Positions 36,279-46,325 of a stretch of DNA of 64,000 nucleotides are shown here, piece by piece; position 1 is the stretch's first letter; the number at the start of each line of letters is the position of its first letter. The notes under the pieces are model-generated. The model was not told the DNA's origin, did no database searches, and saw only the letters and a list, made by a program, of their open reading frames with translations. The translations under genes and the position numbers were made by a program. The DNA comes from Candidatus Aenigmatarchaeota archaeon (lineage in GTDB: Archaea > Aenigmatarchaeota > Aenigmatarchaeia > CG10238-14 > SCSR01). Location: contig JAVZHQ010000001.1 of NCBI GenBank assembly GCA_038998335.1, positions 320,001 to 384,000 on the forward strand, read 5' to 3'.

Positions 36279-36656
36279 ATGAAGCCATTTTGTGAAATCA
36301 TAGTTTCCTCTGTTCTACCATCAATAAGGTCTTTGATAGCAAAAGAGCTTGTAATGAGCTATAATTTAACTCAGGAAGAGGCAGCTAAGCTCTTAGGATT
36401 AACTCAAGCAGCAATCTCACAGTATTACAGAGAATCAAGAGGAAGAAAAGTTAAACTGTTAGAAAACAACAGAAAAGTTATAAGAATGGTTAAGGAGCTT
36501 GGGAAGAAAATAGTGGAAGAAAGAATAGATGTCATAAAAATACAAAAAGAGTTTTGCAGGATTTGTAAGGAAGTAAGAAAAGAGAAAATAATTTGCAAGT
36601 TGCATAAGGATATTTACCCTTCCATAACTTCTTGTAAGGAATGTCCTATTTGCTAG
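36279..36656 (+). CDS. HTH transcriptional regulator with Cys-rich ends
   Basis: PFCE...LTQEEAAKLLGLTQAAISQY...RG; C-terminal Cys/His cluster; divergent from iscS. Confidence 0.82.
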   Translation: MKPFCEIIVSSVLPSIRSLIAKELVMSYNLTQEEAAKLLGLTQAAISQYYRESRGRKVKLLENNRKVIRMVKELGKKIVEERIDVIKIQKEFCRICKEVRKEKIICKLHKDIYPSITSCKECPIC

Positions 36657-37657
36657 CCACAACTTCCGGAAGGAGTAGAGCTTGAAGTAGAAGTTATGTT
36701 TTGAGAACATTCTGAAGGTTGAGTAATAAACCCAGAGCAAATAGCTTTCTTAAAAGCTTCAGAGCTTCTGGTTCCTGTATATCTTGCTCCGTTTATTATT
36801 AAAGTTGGCGAGCCTGTTATTCCATATTGGTCTGTTAATTGCTCATCAGCTTTGAGCAATTCTACCCCTTCAGAACCATAAGCACATTTTTCTATTTTCT
36901 CAACATCTATTCCAAACTTTTGTGCAGTCTTTTTCCAGCATTCATCAAGCTTTTGATCATCTCTGTATAAAGAATAGCAATTGTTGTTAAATTCCATCAA
37001 ATAATCCCAATAAGTTTTTTGAGTGTAATACTTCATCATACAAGCCTGTCTTGCATCTTCTTTTGCTTCATTTGGTCCGTGTAAAGAATTAACAGAATCT
37101 ATTGTGTTTCCAGCTACGTTAACTATAAAGTGAATTTTTATGTCAGCTTTTGTTCCTAACAAATCAACAACAGGTTTCATCAAATTCTCTGCTTGCACCC
37201 CATAAGGACAAAAACTCATGACAAAAAGCTTTACTTCAGGTTTTTCTTTATCTGGAGCGTCAAATTCTTGGGTTGAGGGTTGAGTCTGAACTAATGGTTG
37301 AGAAGTATTAAAAGCTGAGAGAAATAGCATGGAACCATCTTTGGAAATATAGACAGGAATCTGACTTCCTTGATAAGAAGTCACAACTCTATAAACTGAA
37401 CCTATGTCTTCAACAGAAACCAAAGAAGCAGAAGTTCCTGCTTGAACAAGGTTTTGATTTATATAATCTATAGCTTTTTTGCCAGCTTCTTCTGCAGGTA
37501 AAACTTGAACCGCAAAGCCAGTTGGGCTACTAGGCTTAAAAAACCAAACCGCAATTACAGCAAAAGCTAAAATAACAGTAGAAACAGTCCAAGCATTAAT
37601 CTTTGGAATTTTAAGAGAAATTTTCACTTTTTGCTCTTGTTGTTGCTCTTCTGCCAT
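36653..37657 (-). CDS. membrane-anchored thioredoxin-fold (DsbA/GILT-like) protein
   Basis: N-terminal TM; MSFCPYG, SLHGPNE and GSPTL motifs. Confidence 0.75.
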   Translation of the reverse strand: MAEEQQQEQKVKISLKIPKINAWTVSTVILAFAVIAVWFFKPSSPTGFAVQVLPAEEAGKKAIDYINQNLVQAGTSASLVSVEDIGSVYRVVTSYQGSQIPVYISKDGSMLFLSAFNTSQPLVQTQPSTQEFDAPDKEKPEVKLFVMSFCPYGVQAENLMKPVVDLLGTKADIKIHFIVNVAGNTIDSVNSLHGPNEAKEDARQACMMKYYTQKTYWDYLMEFNNNCYSLYRDDQKLDECWKKTAQKFGIDVEKIEKCAYGSEGVELLKADEQLTDQYGITGSPTLIINGARYTGTRSSEAFKKAICSGFITQPSECSQNITSTSSSTPSGSCG

Positions 37658-37698
37658 TCTATCTACTCTTTAAACTTAACTTTAAATGCTTTTAAGCT

Positions 37699-37935
37699 TT
37701 ACTCTAACTCTAAAGCTTTTTTAATTGCGTTAACGTCAAAGCCAACTATTATCTTGTCATCTATTTCTATTACCGGAACTCCCATCTGCCCAGATTTTTC
37801 TATCATCTCTATAGCAGCCTCTCTGTCAGAAGAAACATCTATTTCTTCATACTCGATATTGTTTTCTCTGAAAAAAGTTTTAGCCATCTCACAATAAGGG
37901 CATGTTGGTGTAGTATAAATTTTTACTTTTTTCAT
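37699..37935 (-). CDS. glutaredoxin (NrdH-like)
   Basis: YTTPTCPYC, GVPVI and GFD motifs. Confidence 0.92.
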   Translation of the reverse strand: MKKVKIYTTPTCPYCEMAKTFFRENNIEYEEIDVSSDREAAIEMIEKSGQMGVPVIEIDDKIIVGFDVNAIKKALELE

Positions 37936-37994
37936 AGCTATTCTATCCTTTTTCATTTATTTAAAATTTATTCTTCACAGAAACCAAAATTATA

Positions 37995-38876
37995 TTGATG
38001 ATTAGAAAGTATGGAATAGCTGGTTTGCTTATAATAATCTTCGCTGAAATAACCATGTTCTTAAGAATTAAACCATTTGTCTACTGGTTTACTCCCTTAG
38101 TTTGGCTTGGCTATATTCTTTTTGTTGATAGTGTTGTTTTCATGCTTAAAGGAAGCTCTTTAATAACAAGAAAAAGGCTTAAGCTTGCGTTTATTTTTTT
38201 AATTTCCTTATTTTTTTGGTTGATCTTTGAGTTTTACAACATTTTCCTTGGAGGTTGGTATTACAAAAACTTGCCAGAATCTACAGTAGAAAAACTAGCT
38301 ATGGGTTACTTATCTTTTTCAACTATTGTGCCAGCAGTTTTTGAAACTAGCGAATTAATTCAAACTGCATTCTTCAAGGAAAATATTAAAATAAAAGCAA
38401 GAATCAAGTACAACAAGAATTTAACCAGAATCTTAATTCTCACAGGAATAGCTTTTATGATTTTGCCATTTTTCTTTTCTTCTCCTATAATGTGGGTTTT
38501 TGTTTGGTCGGGTTTTATTCTCATCATCGACCCTATTCTCTACATGCTTAAGAATAAGAAATCGATAATAGCTCAACTAGAAGAAAAAAGATATGGAAAA
38601 ATAATTTCCCTTTTTGTAGCAGGCTATATTTGCGGTTTTCTTTGGGAATTCTGGAATTACTGGGCTTACACGAAATGGTATTATACTGTACCTATTCTTG
38701 AAGAAATAAAAATATTTGAGATTCCTGCTGTTGGATTTTTAGCTTATGGCTTTTTTGCTTTAGAGCTTTATGTAATGTATAATTTTATAAGATTTTTCTT
38801 TTCTCCCAAGATTTTTGAGATTCTAGCTTCCTACCAAACAAAAGAATTAAAAATGCCAAATAAGCTTAGAAGCTAG
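37995..38876 (+). CDS. multi-pass membrane protein
   Basis: Repeated W.xFE..N..W.Y motifs; ~8 TMs. Confidence 0.72.
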   Translation: MMIRKYGIAGLLIIIFAEITMFLRIKPFVYWFTPLVWLGYILFVDSVVFMLKGSSLITRKRLKLAFIFLISLFFWLIFEFYNIFLGGWYYKNLPESTVEKLAMGYLSFSTIVPAVFETSELIQTAFFKENIKIKARIKYNKNLTRILILTGIAFMILPFFFSSPIMWVFVWSGFILIIDPILYMLKNKKSIIAQLEEKRYGKIISLFVAGYICGFLWEFWNYWAYTKWYYTVPILEEIKIFEIPAVGFLAYGFFALELYVMYNFIRFFFSPKIFEILASYQTKELKMPNKLRS

Positions 38877-39587
38877 CATTAGCAAAATTCCTACGATAAA
38901 AATTAAAAATAAAAGAGAAGATTTTTTAACTCCTTCTGCTTTTTTAATCTCAGGTATCATGTCAGAAGAAGAAATATAAATGAAACTCCCTGCTGCAAAA
39001 GGTAAAAGAAAAGAAGTAAACTTTTCTGTATGAGTAGAAACGAAAAATCCTAAGATTCCACCAGCAAAAGCTGTTAAAGCAACGAGAAAGTTTAGCATTA
39101 AAGCTTTCCTTTTCTTAAACTTGCTGTAGAGCAAAACTCCAAAGTCTCCTATTTCCTGTGGAATCTCATGAAAAATAACTGCTAAAGTAGTAATAATTCC
39201 TAAGCTAAAACTTGAGAGGAAACTTGCAGCTATTATTAAACCATCAACAAAATTGTGAATAGCGTCTGAAATCAAATTAACGTAGCCTAAAGTATGCACA
39301 TGCTCAACTTTATGACAATGGTGCCAAAGCAAAAATTTTTCTAGGAAAAAGAAAGAAACATAGCCAAACAAAACCGAGGAAAAAATTTCAACCCCTGAGC
39401 TTTTCTCCATAGCTTCAGGCAAAAGATGTAAAAAAGCTGCTCCTATTAAAGAGCCTGCAGAAAAAGCTACTAGAACCAAAAGAATTTTGCCAAGTAACTT
39501 TTCTTTTATTAGTAAAACTGCTAATCCTACAAAAGAGATTGAGCTTACTATAAAAGTGCTTGCCAGTATTGGTAAAATGTCCATCAT
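38847..39587 (-). CDS. ZIP family metal transporter
   Basis: HLLPEA, HNFVDG and HEIPQEIGD motifs. Confidence 0.93.
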   Translation of the reverse strand: MMDILPILASTFIVSSISFVGLAVLLIKEKLLGKILLVLVAFSAGSLIGAAFLHLLPEAMEKSSGVEIFSSVLFGYVSFFFLEKFLLWHHCHKVEHVHTLGYVNLISDAIHNFVDGLIIAASFLSSFSLGIITTLAVIFHEIPQEIGDFGVLLYSKFKKRKALMLNFLVALTAFAGGILGFFVSTHTEKFTSFLLPFAAGSFIYISSSDMIPEIKKAEGVKKSSLLFLIFIVGILLMLASKLIWHF

Positions 39588-39614
39588 TTATTAATACTAA
39601 GCTTAAAATAAAAA

Positions 39615-41051
39615 TTGATGCATGAAGCAGACTTGGTAGCAAAAAGCGTTGAAAAATGGCTTGGAAACCCTGTTTCAAGATTTCTTTTAAAATGGATTGC
39701 TAAAAGAGAAAACGGAGAAAGTAGGTTAGACAAAATTTTGAGAAAGTATGCTGGTGAAGATGTTAAACTAAGCTTACAAGAACTTTTAGGTTATAGAATA
39801 GTTAAGTTTGCTATAGAAAAAGGGGCAAAATCTTTTGGGGTCGAAGAAAAAGGAAAGGAAAAATTTATAGAATCCTTAAAAATACCAGTAGTTAGAAGAG
39901 GTCTAACAAACATTTTAGAAGGAATAGCTTATTATGGAGTTAAGAGACCTCAAACAACCTATGCCCCTTTTCTAATAGTCTGGGATTATACAAAAGCTTG
40001 TAACTTAAGATGTAAACATTGCTATGAAAATGCTTCGCCAAAACCTGCTCCTGATGAACTAACTACTCAAGAAGCTTTTGAAGCAATAGATGAATTCGCT
40101 TCTGCTGGAGTAGTAGCAATAGCTTTTTCTGGTGGCGAGCCTTTGATGAGGAAAGATTTCTTTGAAGTAGCAAGTTATGCTGCAAAAAAAGATTTTTACG
40201 TTTCCTTAGCAACAAACGGAACTTTGATAACGAAAGAAGTTGCAAAAAGATTAAAAGATTCTGGCGTTCAATATGTGGAAATTTCTCTTGACGGTTTCGA
40301 AGAAACTCATGACAAATTTAGAGGAATTCCTGGTGCTTGGAAAAAAACTGTAGAAGGAATAAGAAATTGTGTAGAAATTGGAATAGATACTTGCGTTGCT
40401 ACTACTGCCACTCACTATAACTTGAAAGAAATTCCAAAACTTATGGAATTTGCGGAAAAAGAGCTTTTTGCAGATAGATTCATAGTTTTTAATTATGTTC
40501 CTACAGGAAGAGGAAAAGAAATAGTAGAAGAAGACTTAACTCCTGAAGAAAGGGAAGAGCTTTTGGACTTTCTCTACTCAAAACTTATTGATTCAAACTG
40601 TAGATTAGATGTTTTTTCAACAGCTCCACAATATGCTGTAGCTTCTTTAAAGTATGCTAACAGCCCTGCAGTCGCTACTCATTTCACCAATAAGGAAGCG
40701 ATGGAACTGCTTAAAGGAAGAACAAAAACTTTAACTGAGTTTATAGGTGGATGTGGAGCTGGAAGACTTTATTGCGGAATGGAACCTAACGGTGATATTC
40801 AGCCATGCGTTTTCATTCCAATAAAAATTGGAAATATAAAGGAACAAAGCTTGATAGAAATTTGGAAAAATTCTCCTGTTTTGAAAGAAATAAGAAACAG
40901 AGACAAATTTGAAGGCTGTGGTAAATGTGATTATAAGTATGTTTGTGGAGGTTGTAGAGCAAGAGCCTATGGCTACTTTAAAGATTTAAAAGCTGCAGAC
41001 CCAAGTTGTAGTTTTAATAAAGTTTATTGGAAAAGAATTAAAACGTCTTAA
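39615..41051 (+). CDS. radical SAM/SPASM domain protein
   Basis: CNLRCKHC, SGGEP, CGAG...PC and CGKC...CGGCRARA motifs. Confidence 0.92.
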   Translation: MMHEADLVAKSVEKWLGNPVSRFLLKWIAKRENGESRLDKILRKYAGEDVKLSLQELLGYRIVKFAIEKGAKSFGVEEKGKEKFIESLKIPVVRRGLTNILEGIAYYGVKRPQTTYAPFLIVWDYTKACNLRCKHCYENASPKPAPDELTTQEAFEAIDEFASAGVVAIAFSGGEPLMRKDFFEVASYAAKKDFYVSLATNGTLITKEVAKRLKDSGVQYVEISLDGFEETHDKFRGIPGAWKKTVEGIRNCVEIGIDTCVATTATHYNLKEIPKLMEFAEKELFADRFIVFNYVPTGRGKEIVEEDLTPEEREELLDFLYSKLIDSNCRLDVFSTAPQYAVASLKYANSPAVATHFTNKEAMELLKGRTKTLTEFIGGCGAGRLYCGMEPNGDIQPCVFIPIKIGNIKEQSLIEIWKNSPVLKEIRNRDKFEGCGKCDYKYVCGGCRARAYGYFKDLKAADPSCSFNKVYWKRIKTS

Positions 41052-41132
41052 GTAGGATTTAGAATTTAATCAGAGAAATAAACTTAAATATTTTTAAAAT
41101 ATTTTAATAAACATCTGTAAGGATGTGATGAT

Positions 41133-41564
41133 ATGTCTGAAAGAGTAGAAAAATGGGAAGAATTTTTAAAATCATCAGATACGAATAGGATCTTAAACCA
41201 GGAAATAAACGAAAAATACAAAATGAATATAGAGGGGAAGGATTTAGATGTTTATCTAAAAATAATTAACCCATATATTCAAGAAAACCAACTCTATTTT
41301 AGAGTTTTAGCTATCAGGCTTGAAATACCTCTGAAAAGAACACCATCTGAGGAAGAAATAGAAAAGACAATAAAGGAAATACACTTATTACACAAGAATC
41401 GTATGTTTATGGAATGCTATGTTAAGGGGGTAGCCTTACCAAAGTGGCTTATAATAGGAGTAAGTAATTATGATGTAGATTCAAGAACAATAATTTCTTG
41501 TTTAAAAGGTGTGGACGAAGTAGTAAAAAAATACTGGCTAAATAGCATTGAAGGTTGTGTTTAA
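41133..41564 (+). CDS. hypothetical protein
   Basis: 143-aa ORF, no recognised motif. Confidence 0.6.
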   Translation: MSERVEKWEEFLKSSDTNRILNQEINEKYKMNIEGKDLDVYLKIINPYIQENQLYFRVLAIRLEIPLKRTPSEEEIEKTIKEIHLLHKNRMFMECYVKGVALPKWLIIGVSNYDVDSRTIISCLKGVDEVVKKYWLNSIEGCV

Positions 41565-41581
41565 TTATCAAGAAAAGGAGA

Positions 41582-42043
41582 TTATAGAAGAAGTTTGGAA
41601 AATTTTTCTGAAATTTTTACCGTGTTAGTTTTCCCGTAGGCCTCTTTTTCTATAATCCCCTTTTTCTTTAAACTTTCAAGAACTCTGAAAGCCTTAACTT
41701 TTCCCAATTCGGAAGAAAGCTTGCTTTGAGTAATTTTTCCCTTGCTTTCTATAATTTTTTGAAGTACAGCTTTTTCTTCTGGATCTAAAAAATCAAGAAA
41801 AATTTTATAATCTTCTTTTCCTTTACTTTCTTCTATTTTAGGAAAAAGCAAGTAATAAACTATTGAACCTACAAAAATTCCAAGCGAAGAAAAGGTTGGA
41901 ATTAAAAGAGGGATGGGTAAAGTGCAAGAGCAAGCAGTTCCTTCTATTATATGAGTTTGAGCATAAAGGGTGCTAAAAGATACAGAAAAAATGAAGCCTG
42001 CTAAAATAATCACTATTATTATTAGTTTCTGTATTGTTCTCAC
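41582..42043 (-). CDS. membrane-anchored winged-helix protein
   Basis: Two TMs, then ITQSKL...GIIEKEAYGKTN. Confidence 0.75.
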   Translation of the reverse strand: MRTIQKLIIIVIILAGFIFSVSFSTLYAQTHIIEGTACSCTLPIPLLIPTFSSLGIFVGSIVYYLLFPKIEESKGKEDYKIFLDFLDPEEKAVLQKIIESKGKITQSKLSSELGKVKAFRVLESLKKKGIIEKEAYGKTNTVKISEKFSKLLL

Positions 42044-42136
42044 TTTTAAAAGTTAGCTAACACTAAATTTAAGCTTTTTCCAGGTTTCAAAAATTGAAAC
42101 CAAAGTATAAATAAGGTTTCATTTTAACTTAAAATT

Positions 42137-43408
42137 ATGGGTATAAGCAATTTATTAGCTTCAGAAAGAATAATAAAAGCAAAGGAATCAACAGAAAAAG
42201 CTTTTAGAAGCTACTTAATTTTCAGACAAAAATCCTTAGAAAGAGTTGATGTAGGAAAGCTAAAGAAAGAACTAAGAAGAATAAAGGAAGAATCAATTTC
42301 AAACCTAGAGGAACTTAAGAAAAAAGCTAGAGAAAACTTGGAAAGTCAAGGAGTAAAGGTTTTTGAAGCTAAGGATGCAAAAGAAGCTAGAGAAATTCTT
42401 TTAAAACTTATACCAAAAAATGAAAAAATAGTCAAATCAAAATCAAATGTTATAAATGAAATAGAATTAAAGAGATACCTTGAAAAAAGAAATGAAATAG
42501 TGGAAACCGATTGTGGTGATTTCTTAGTTGAAGTTTGTGAAGAAACTTCTACACATCCTGTAACTCCTGCTTTGCACATTCCAGCAGAAAAAATTGTTGG
42601 TAAAATAGAAAAAAAGTTTAAGGTTAAGCTTGAAAAATCTCCTGAGAAAATAATAACTTGGGTAAAAGAATATTTAAGAAAAGAAATTTTAAGCTCTAAA
42701 ATTGGTCTAACAGGAGCAAATGCTATTTCGTCAGATGGTGGAATTTTTATATTGGAAAACGAAGGAAACATTTCATTAGTTTCCAAACTTGTTGAGAAGC
42801 ATATAATAGTTGCTGGAATTGATAAAATAGTACCTTCTATTCAAGATGCTATAACAATTTGCCAAGCTTTAGCTATTTGGGGAACTGGAACCTCCTTGCC
42901 TTCTTACATAAATGTTATAAGTTCGCCCAGCAAGACTGCTGACATCCAGAAAGAAATTGTTTATGGTGTGCATGGTCCAAAAGAAGTTTTTTTGGTTTTA
43001 GTTGATAACGGAAGGAGCAAAGCAATTAAAAATGGTTTAGCTGAAATACTTTACTGCATAAACTGTGGTTCATGTCTTTATTTCTGTCCAGTTTATAGAC
43101 AAATACTTGATAATTATGGTCACAACTATTTTGGTGGAATTGGAGTGGCAAAAACAGCTTTTATTAATGATTTAAAGAAAGCTTTTGAGAGAGGGCTTTA
43201 TTATTGTACTACTTGCGAATCTTGCAAAATTAATTGTCCTTTAGAAATTGACATTGCTGAAATTATGAGAAAGTTAAGAGAAATTTCGGTAAACGAAAAA
43301 ATTGAAACAGAAGGAAATAAAAAGATGATTGAAAATATAAGGGAATATGGAAACCCTTTTGGAAAATTGGAAGAGGGAAAAGTTCCAAAGGAGTTGTATT
43401 GCTGTTAG
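42137..43408 (+). CDS. LUD-domain / LutB-like Fe-S protein
   Basis: KSKS, ETD.G, HP..PALH, ENEGN, TADI and two ferredoxin motifs (CINCGSC...CP, CTTCESC...CP). Confidence 0.88.
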   Translation: MGISNLLASERIIKAKESTEKAFRSYLIFRQKSLERVDVGKLKKELRRIKEESISNLEELKKKARENLESQGVKVFEAKDAKEAREILLKLIPKNEKIVKSKSNVINEIELKRYLEKRNEIVETDCGDFLVEVCEETSTHPVTPALHIPAEKIVGKIEKKFKVKLEKSPEKIITWVKEYLRKEILSSKIGLTGANAISSDGGIFILENEGNISLVSKLVEKHIIVAGIDKIVPSIQDAITICQALAIWGTGTSLPSYINVISSPSKTADIQKEIVYGVHGPKEVFLVLVDNGRSKAIKNGLAEILYCINCGSCLYFCPVYRQILDNYGHNYFGGIGVAKTAFINDLKKAFERGLYYCTTCESCKINCPLEIDIAEIMRKLREISVNEKIETEGNKKMIENIREYGNPFGKLEEGKVPKELYCC

Positions 43409-43416
43409 GTGAAAAA

Positions 43417-43995
43417 ATGAAAGAAAAATTTATGATTGCGGGAATAATTATTGGCTTAGTTGTTTTTGTTGCAATTCTAATTAGCATAAGCAAGCCTTTG
43501 GTTCCGAGAAATTACACTCAAGAAATTGGCTATAGTGACAAGATAGAAGAAGCAATAATAAATTGTACTAACTGCAACATCTGCCCAGATGGAAAGATTA
43601 TATCACCAGGAAAAATATGCGTTTACTTCTTCTGGGGTCAAGGTTGCCCGCATTGTGCTGAAGAAAAACCTTTCCTAGAGGAATTGAAGAAAAAGTATCC
43701 TAACTTAGAAATCTATGATTTTGAAGTTTATTACCATCCTGAAAACGTAGAGCTTTGGGAGCAGGTTTGTGAAAAATGTAATACCCAGCCTTCTGGCGTA
43801 CCAATGACTTTTATCGGAGACAAGGTTTTCATAGGATTTGCAAACAGAGGTTTTTATAATTCTTCTTCAATTCCAACTTCTCACTCCATTCTTCCTTCTA
43901 CCACAGTTTTGGCTATAATTTTTGCTTGTGTGCTTAGTATAGTTATAATATTTCTCCTGCTTATGAGAAAGTTAAAAATAAAGGTGAAAACATGA
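43417..43995 (+). CDS. membrane-anchored thioredoxin-like protein
   Basis: GCPHC and GVP motifs; TMs at both ends. Confidence 0.8.
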   Translation: MKEKFMIAGIIIGLVVFVAILISISKPLVPRNYTQEIGYSDKIEEAIINCTNCNICPDGKIISPGKICVYFFWGQGCPHCAEEKPFLEELKKKYPNLEIYDFEVYYHPENVELWEQVCEKCNTQPSGVPMTFIGDKVFIGFANRGFYNSSSIPTSHSILPSTTVLAIIFACVLSIVIIFLLLMRKLKIKVKT

Positions 43996-44786
43996 AAAAA
44001 ATTCTTTTATTACTTCCTTTATTACTAATTCCAACAGTATACGCTCAAGAGTTTTATCATCCAATTTTAGGTGATATTAGTAAGCTTCCTGTAATCTTAA
44101 TAGGAATTCTTGCTGGCTTAATTGACGGAATTTTCAATCCTTGCGCTTTGTCTGTTCTTTTTTTCATGGCAGCTTACATGCTAGCCTTGGGCTCAAGAAG
44201 AAAGCTACTTATAATAGGAATTTCCTATTCATTAGTGATATTCCTGGTTTACTTTTCGTTTATGTATTTGCTTCTTAACGCAATTTCTTTAACAAATTAC
44301 TATGTAAGCTATACTCAAATAATAAGGTATATTTTAGGAGGAATAATTACTGTATTTGGAATAATAGAAGCTAAGGACTTTTTCTTCCTAGGAAAAGGTT
44401 TTTCTTTAGAAATTCCAAAATTTGCAAAACCAAAAATAGAGAAATTAATTAAATCTGCAACTTTGCCTTCTGCTATTCTTTTGGGCTTTTTAGTTAGTTT
44501 AGTTGAAATTCCATGCGCAGGAGCTTTTCCGTTGTTTTATGCTTCTTTTCTTAGCAGTTCTATATTTGCTGGAACTTTATCCTGGGCAGAAGCTATTTTT
44601 TACTTAGTTTGGTACAACATTTTCTTCGTTGTTCCCTTATTGCTTTTAACTTTGATATTCTATTTTGGTTTCCTGAAAGTAGAAGAGGCAGAAAAGAAAA
44701 GAATTGAATTAAGGAAATATATGAGGCTAACTGCAGGTATAATTTTAATTGCTTTTGGAATCGCTTTCTTTGTGGGGTGGATATGA
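43992..44786 (+). CDS. CcdA/DsbD-like transmembrane electron transfer protein
   Basis: FNPCA and EIPCAG motifs, multiple TMs. Confidence 0.82.
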   Translation: MKKILLLLPLLLIPTVYAQEFYHPILGDISKLPVILIGILAGLIDGIFNPCALSVLFFMAAYMLALGSRRKLLIIGISYSLVIFLVYFSFMYLLLNAISLTNYYVSYTQIIRYILGGIITVFGIIEAKDFFFLGKGFSLEIPKFAKPKIEKLIKSATLPSAILLGFLVSLVEIPCAGAFPLFYASFLSSSIFAGTLSWAEAIFYLVWYNIFFVVPLLLLTLIFYFGFLKVEEAEKKRIELRKYMRLTAGIILIAFGIAFFVGWI

Positions 44787-45505
44787 TGAAATTTTTTGAA
44801 AAGTTAAAAGGAGGAAATATTTTATACTATCCTGGCTGCTTAACAAAATTTGTTGCTAAAGATTTGGGAGAAAATTACAGGAAAATTTTAAGAAAAATAG
44901 GAATAGATTTTATCGAGCTTAAAGATTTGGAAGTTTGCTGTGGTTCGCCTGCTTTAAACGCAGGTTATAGAAATGATGCAAAAAATCTTGCTCAAAAAAA
45001 TTTAAAAGTTTTTAAGGAGCACTCTGTAAGAAAAATAATAACTTCTTGTCCTGCTTGCTTTAAAGTTTTTTCTCAAGATTATCCAAAACTTTTGGATAAA
45101 TGGGATATAGAAGTTGAACATACTACTCAAACAATAGCTAAGGCTATAAAAGAAGGTAAACTTAAATTAAACAAAAAATTTAATAACATAATAACTTATC
45201 ACGACCCTTGTCACTTAGGAAGATATTCAAAAATTTATGAAGAGCCAAGAGAAATTCTTAAATTCTTAGGTTTTGAAATTGTTGAGATGGAATTTTCTAG
45301 AGAAAATTCTTTTTGTTGTGGAGGTGGAGGAGGAGTTGTTGGAAATTATCCTGAGTTAGCAGAAGAAATAGCAAAAGAAAGATTAAAACAAGCAACTAAA
45401 ACTAAAGCTAAGGTTCTTGTTACAGCTTGCCCTCTTTGTTATGTTCATTTGAAAAAATTTGCTAATGGGATGGAAGTAAAGGAAATCTCTGAACTTTTTA
45501 CCTAA
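44783..45505 (+). CDS. CCG-domain (Fe-S)-binding protein (LutA/GlpC-like)
   Basis: YPGC, CCG, CPAC, YHDPCHLGR, CCGGGGG and CPLC motifs. Confidence 0.88.
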   Translation: MMKFFEKLKGGNILYYPGCLTKFVAKDLGENYRKILRKIGIDFIELKDLEVCCGSPALNAGYRNDAKNLAQKNLKVFKEHSVRKIITSCPACFKVFSQDYPKLLDKWDIEVEHTTQTIAKAIKEGKLKLNKKFNNIITYHDPCHLGRYSKIYEEPREILKFLGFEIVEMEFSRENSFCCGGGGGVVGNYPELAEEIAKERLKQATKTKAKVLVTACPLCYVHLKKFANGMEVKEISELFT

Positions 45506-46325
45506 CTTTAACAGTTTTAAGCATACTTCCTGTTCTATATCCTTCTAAGTCTAAAGTAATGTAATCGAAACCTAAAATTTTAAGATTTCTTACTAACTTT
45601 TCAACAACTTTAAGATTGAAAAACAACTTCCTTTCTTCTTTGCTTACTTCTATTCTTATCAAATTTCCATGCATTCTAGCTCTAACCTGTTTAGCTTTTG
45701 TTAACTTTCTTACGATATTTTCAGCTTTTTCTATTTTCTTTAATTTCTCTTTTGTGATTTTATCTCCAAAAGGGATTCGTGAAGACAAGCATGCCATAGA
45801 GGGTTTATTGTAGACAGGGAGTCTAAGTTTTTTTGCTAAAATTCTTATTTCATCTTTTTTGAACTTACACTCTACCCAAGGGCTGAAAACATTTTCCATT
45901 TCTTTGACAGCTTTAAATCCAGGCCTATGACCTTTAAGCTCGCTAAAGTTAGTTCCTTCAAAGATAACTTTAAAACCAATCTTCCTTGCAAACTTTTGTA
46001 ACAAAACTAGAGAAGCTCTTTTACAAAAATAGCATCTCTCTACTGAATTTCTAACAAATTTTTTGTCAGAAAAATGATTTATCCTTAAAACGTAATGCTT
46101 TATTCCAATTTTTCTTGCTAACCTCTTAGCTTCTTTTATTTCTTGGGAAGGATAAATCTCAGAATCTAAGGTAACTGCAATTGCTTTTTCTCCAAGTATT
46201 TCATAACATATTTCTGCTAAAGTTGTACTGTCTAAACCTCCAGAAAATGCTACTATTACACCATCTTTTCCTTTTTCAGCAATAAACTTTTTTAACTCTT
46301 CATATTTTCTTTCTAGTTCTTTCAT
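45498..46325 (-). CDS. larE: ATP-dependent sacrificial sulfur transferase LarE
   Basis: AFSGGLDS PP-loop, RCYFCK, RPG and CLSSRIP motifs. Confidence 0.92.
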   Translation of the reverse strand: MKELERKYEELKKFIAEKGKDGVIVAFSGGLDSTTLAEICYEILGEKAIAVTLDSEIYPSQEIKEAKRLARKIGIKHYVLRINHFSDKKFVRNSVERCYFCKRASLVLLQKFARKIGFKVIFEGTNFSELKGHRPGFKAVKEMENVFSPWVECKFKKDEIRILAKKLRLPVYNKPSMACLSSRIPFGDKITKEKLKKIEKAENIVRKLTKAKQVRARMHGNLIRIEVSKEERKLFFNLKVVEKLVRNLKILGFDYITLDLEGYRTGSMLKTVKVR

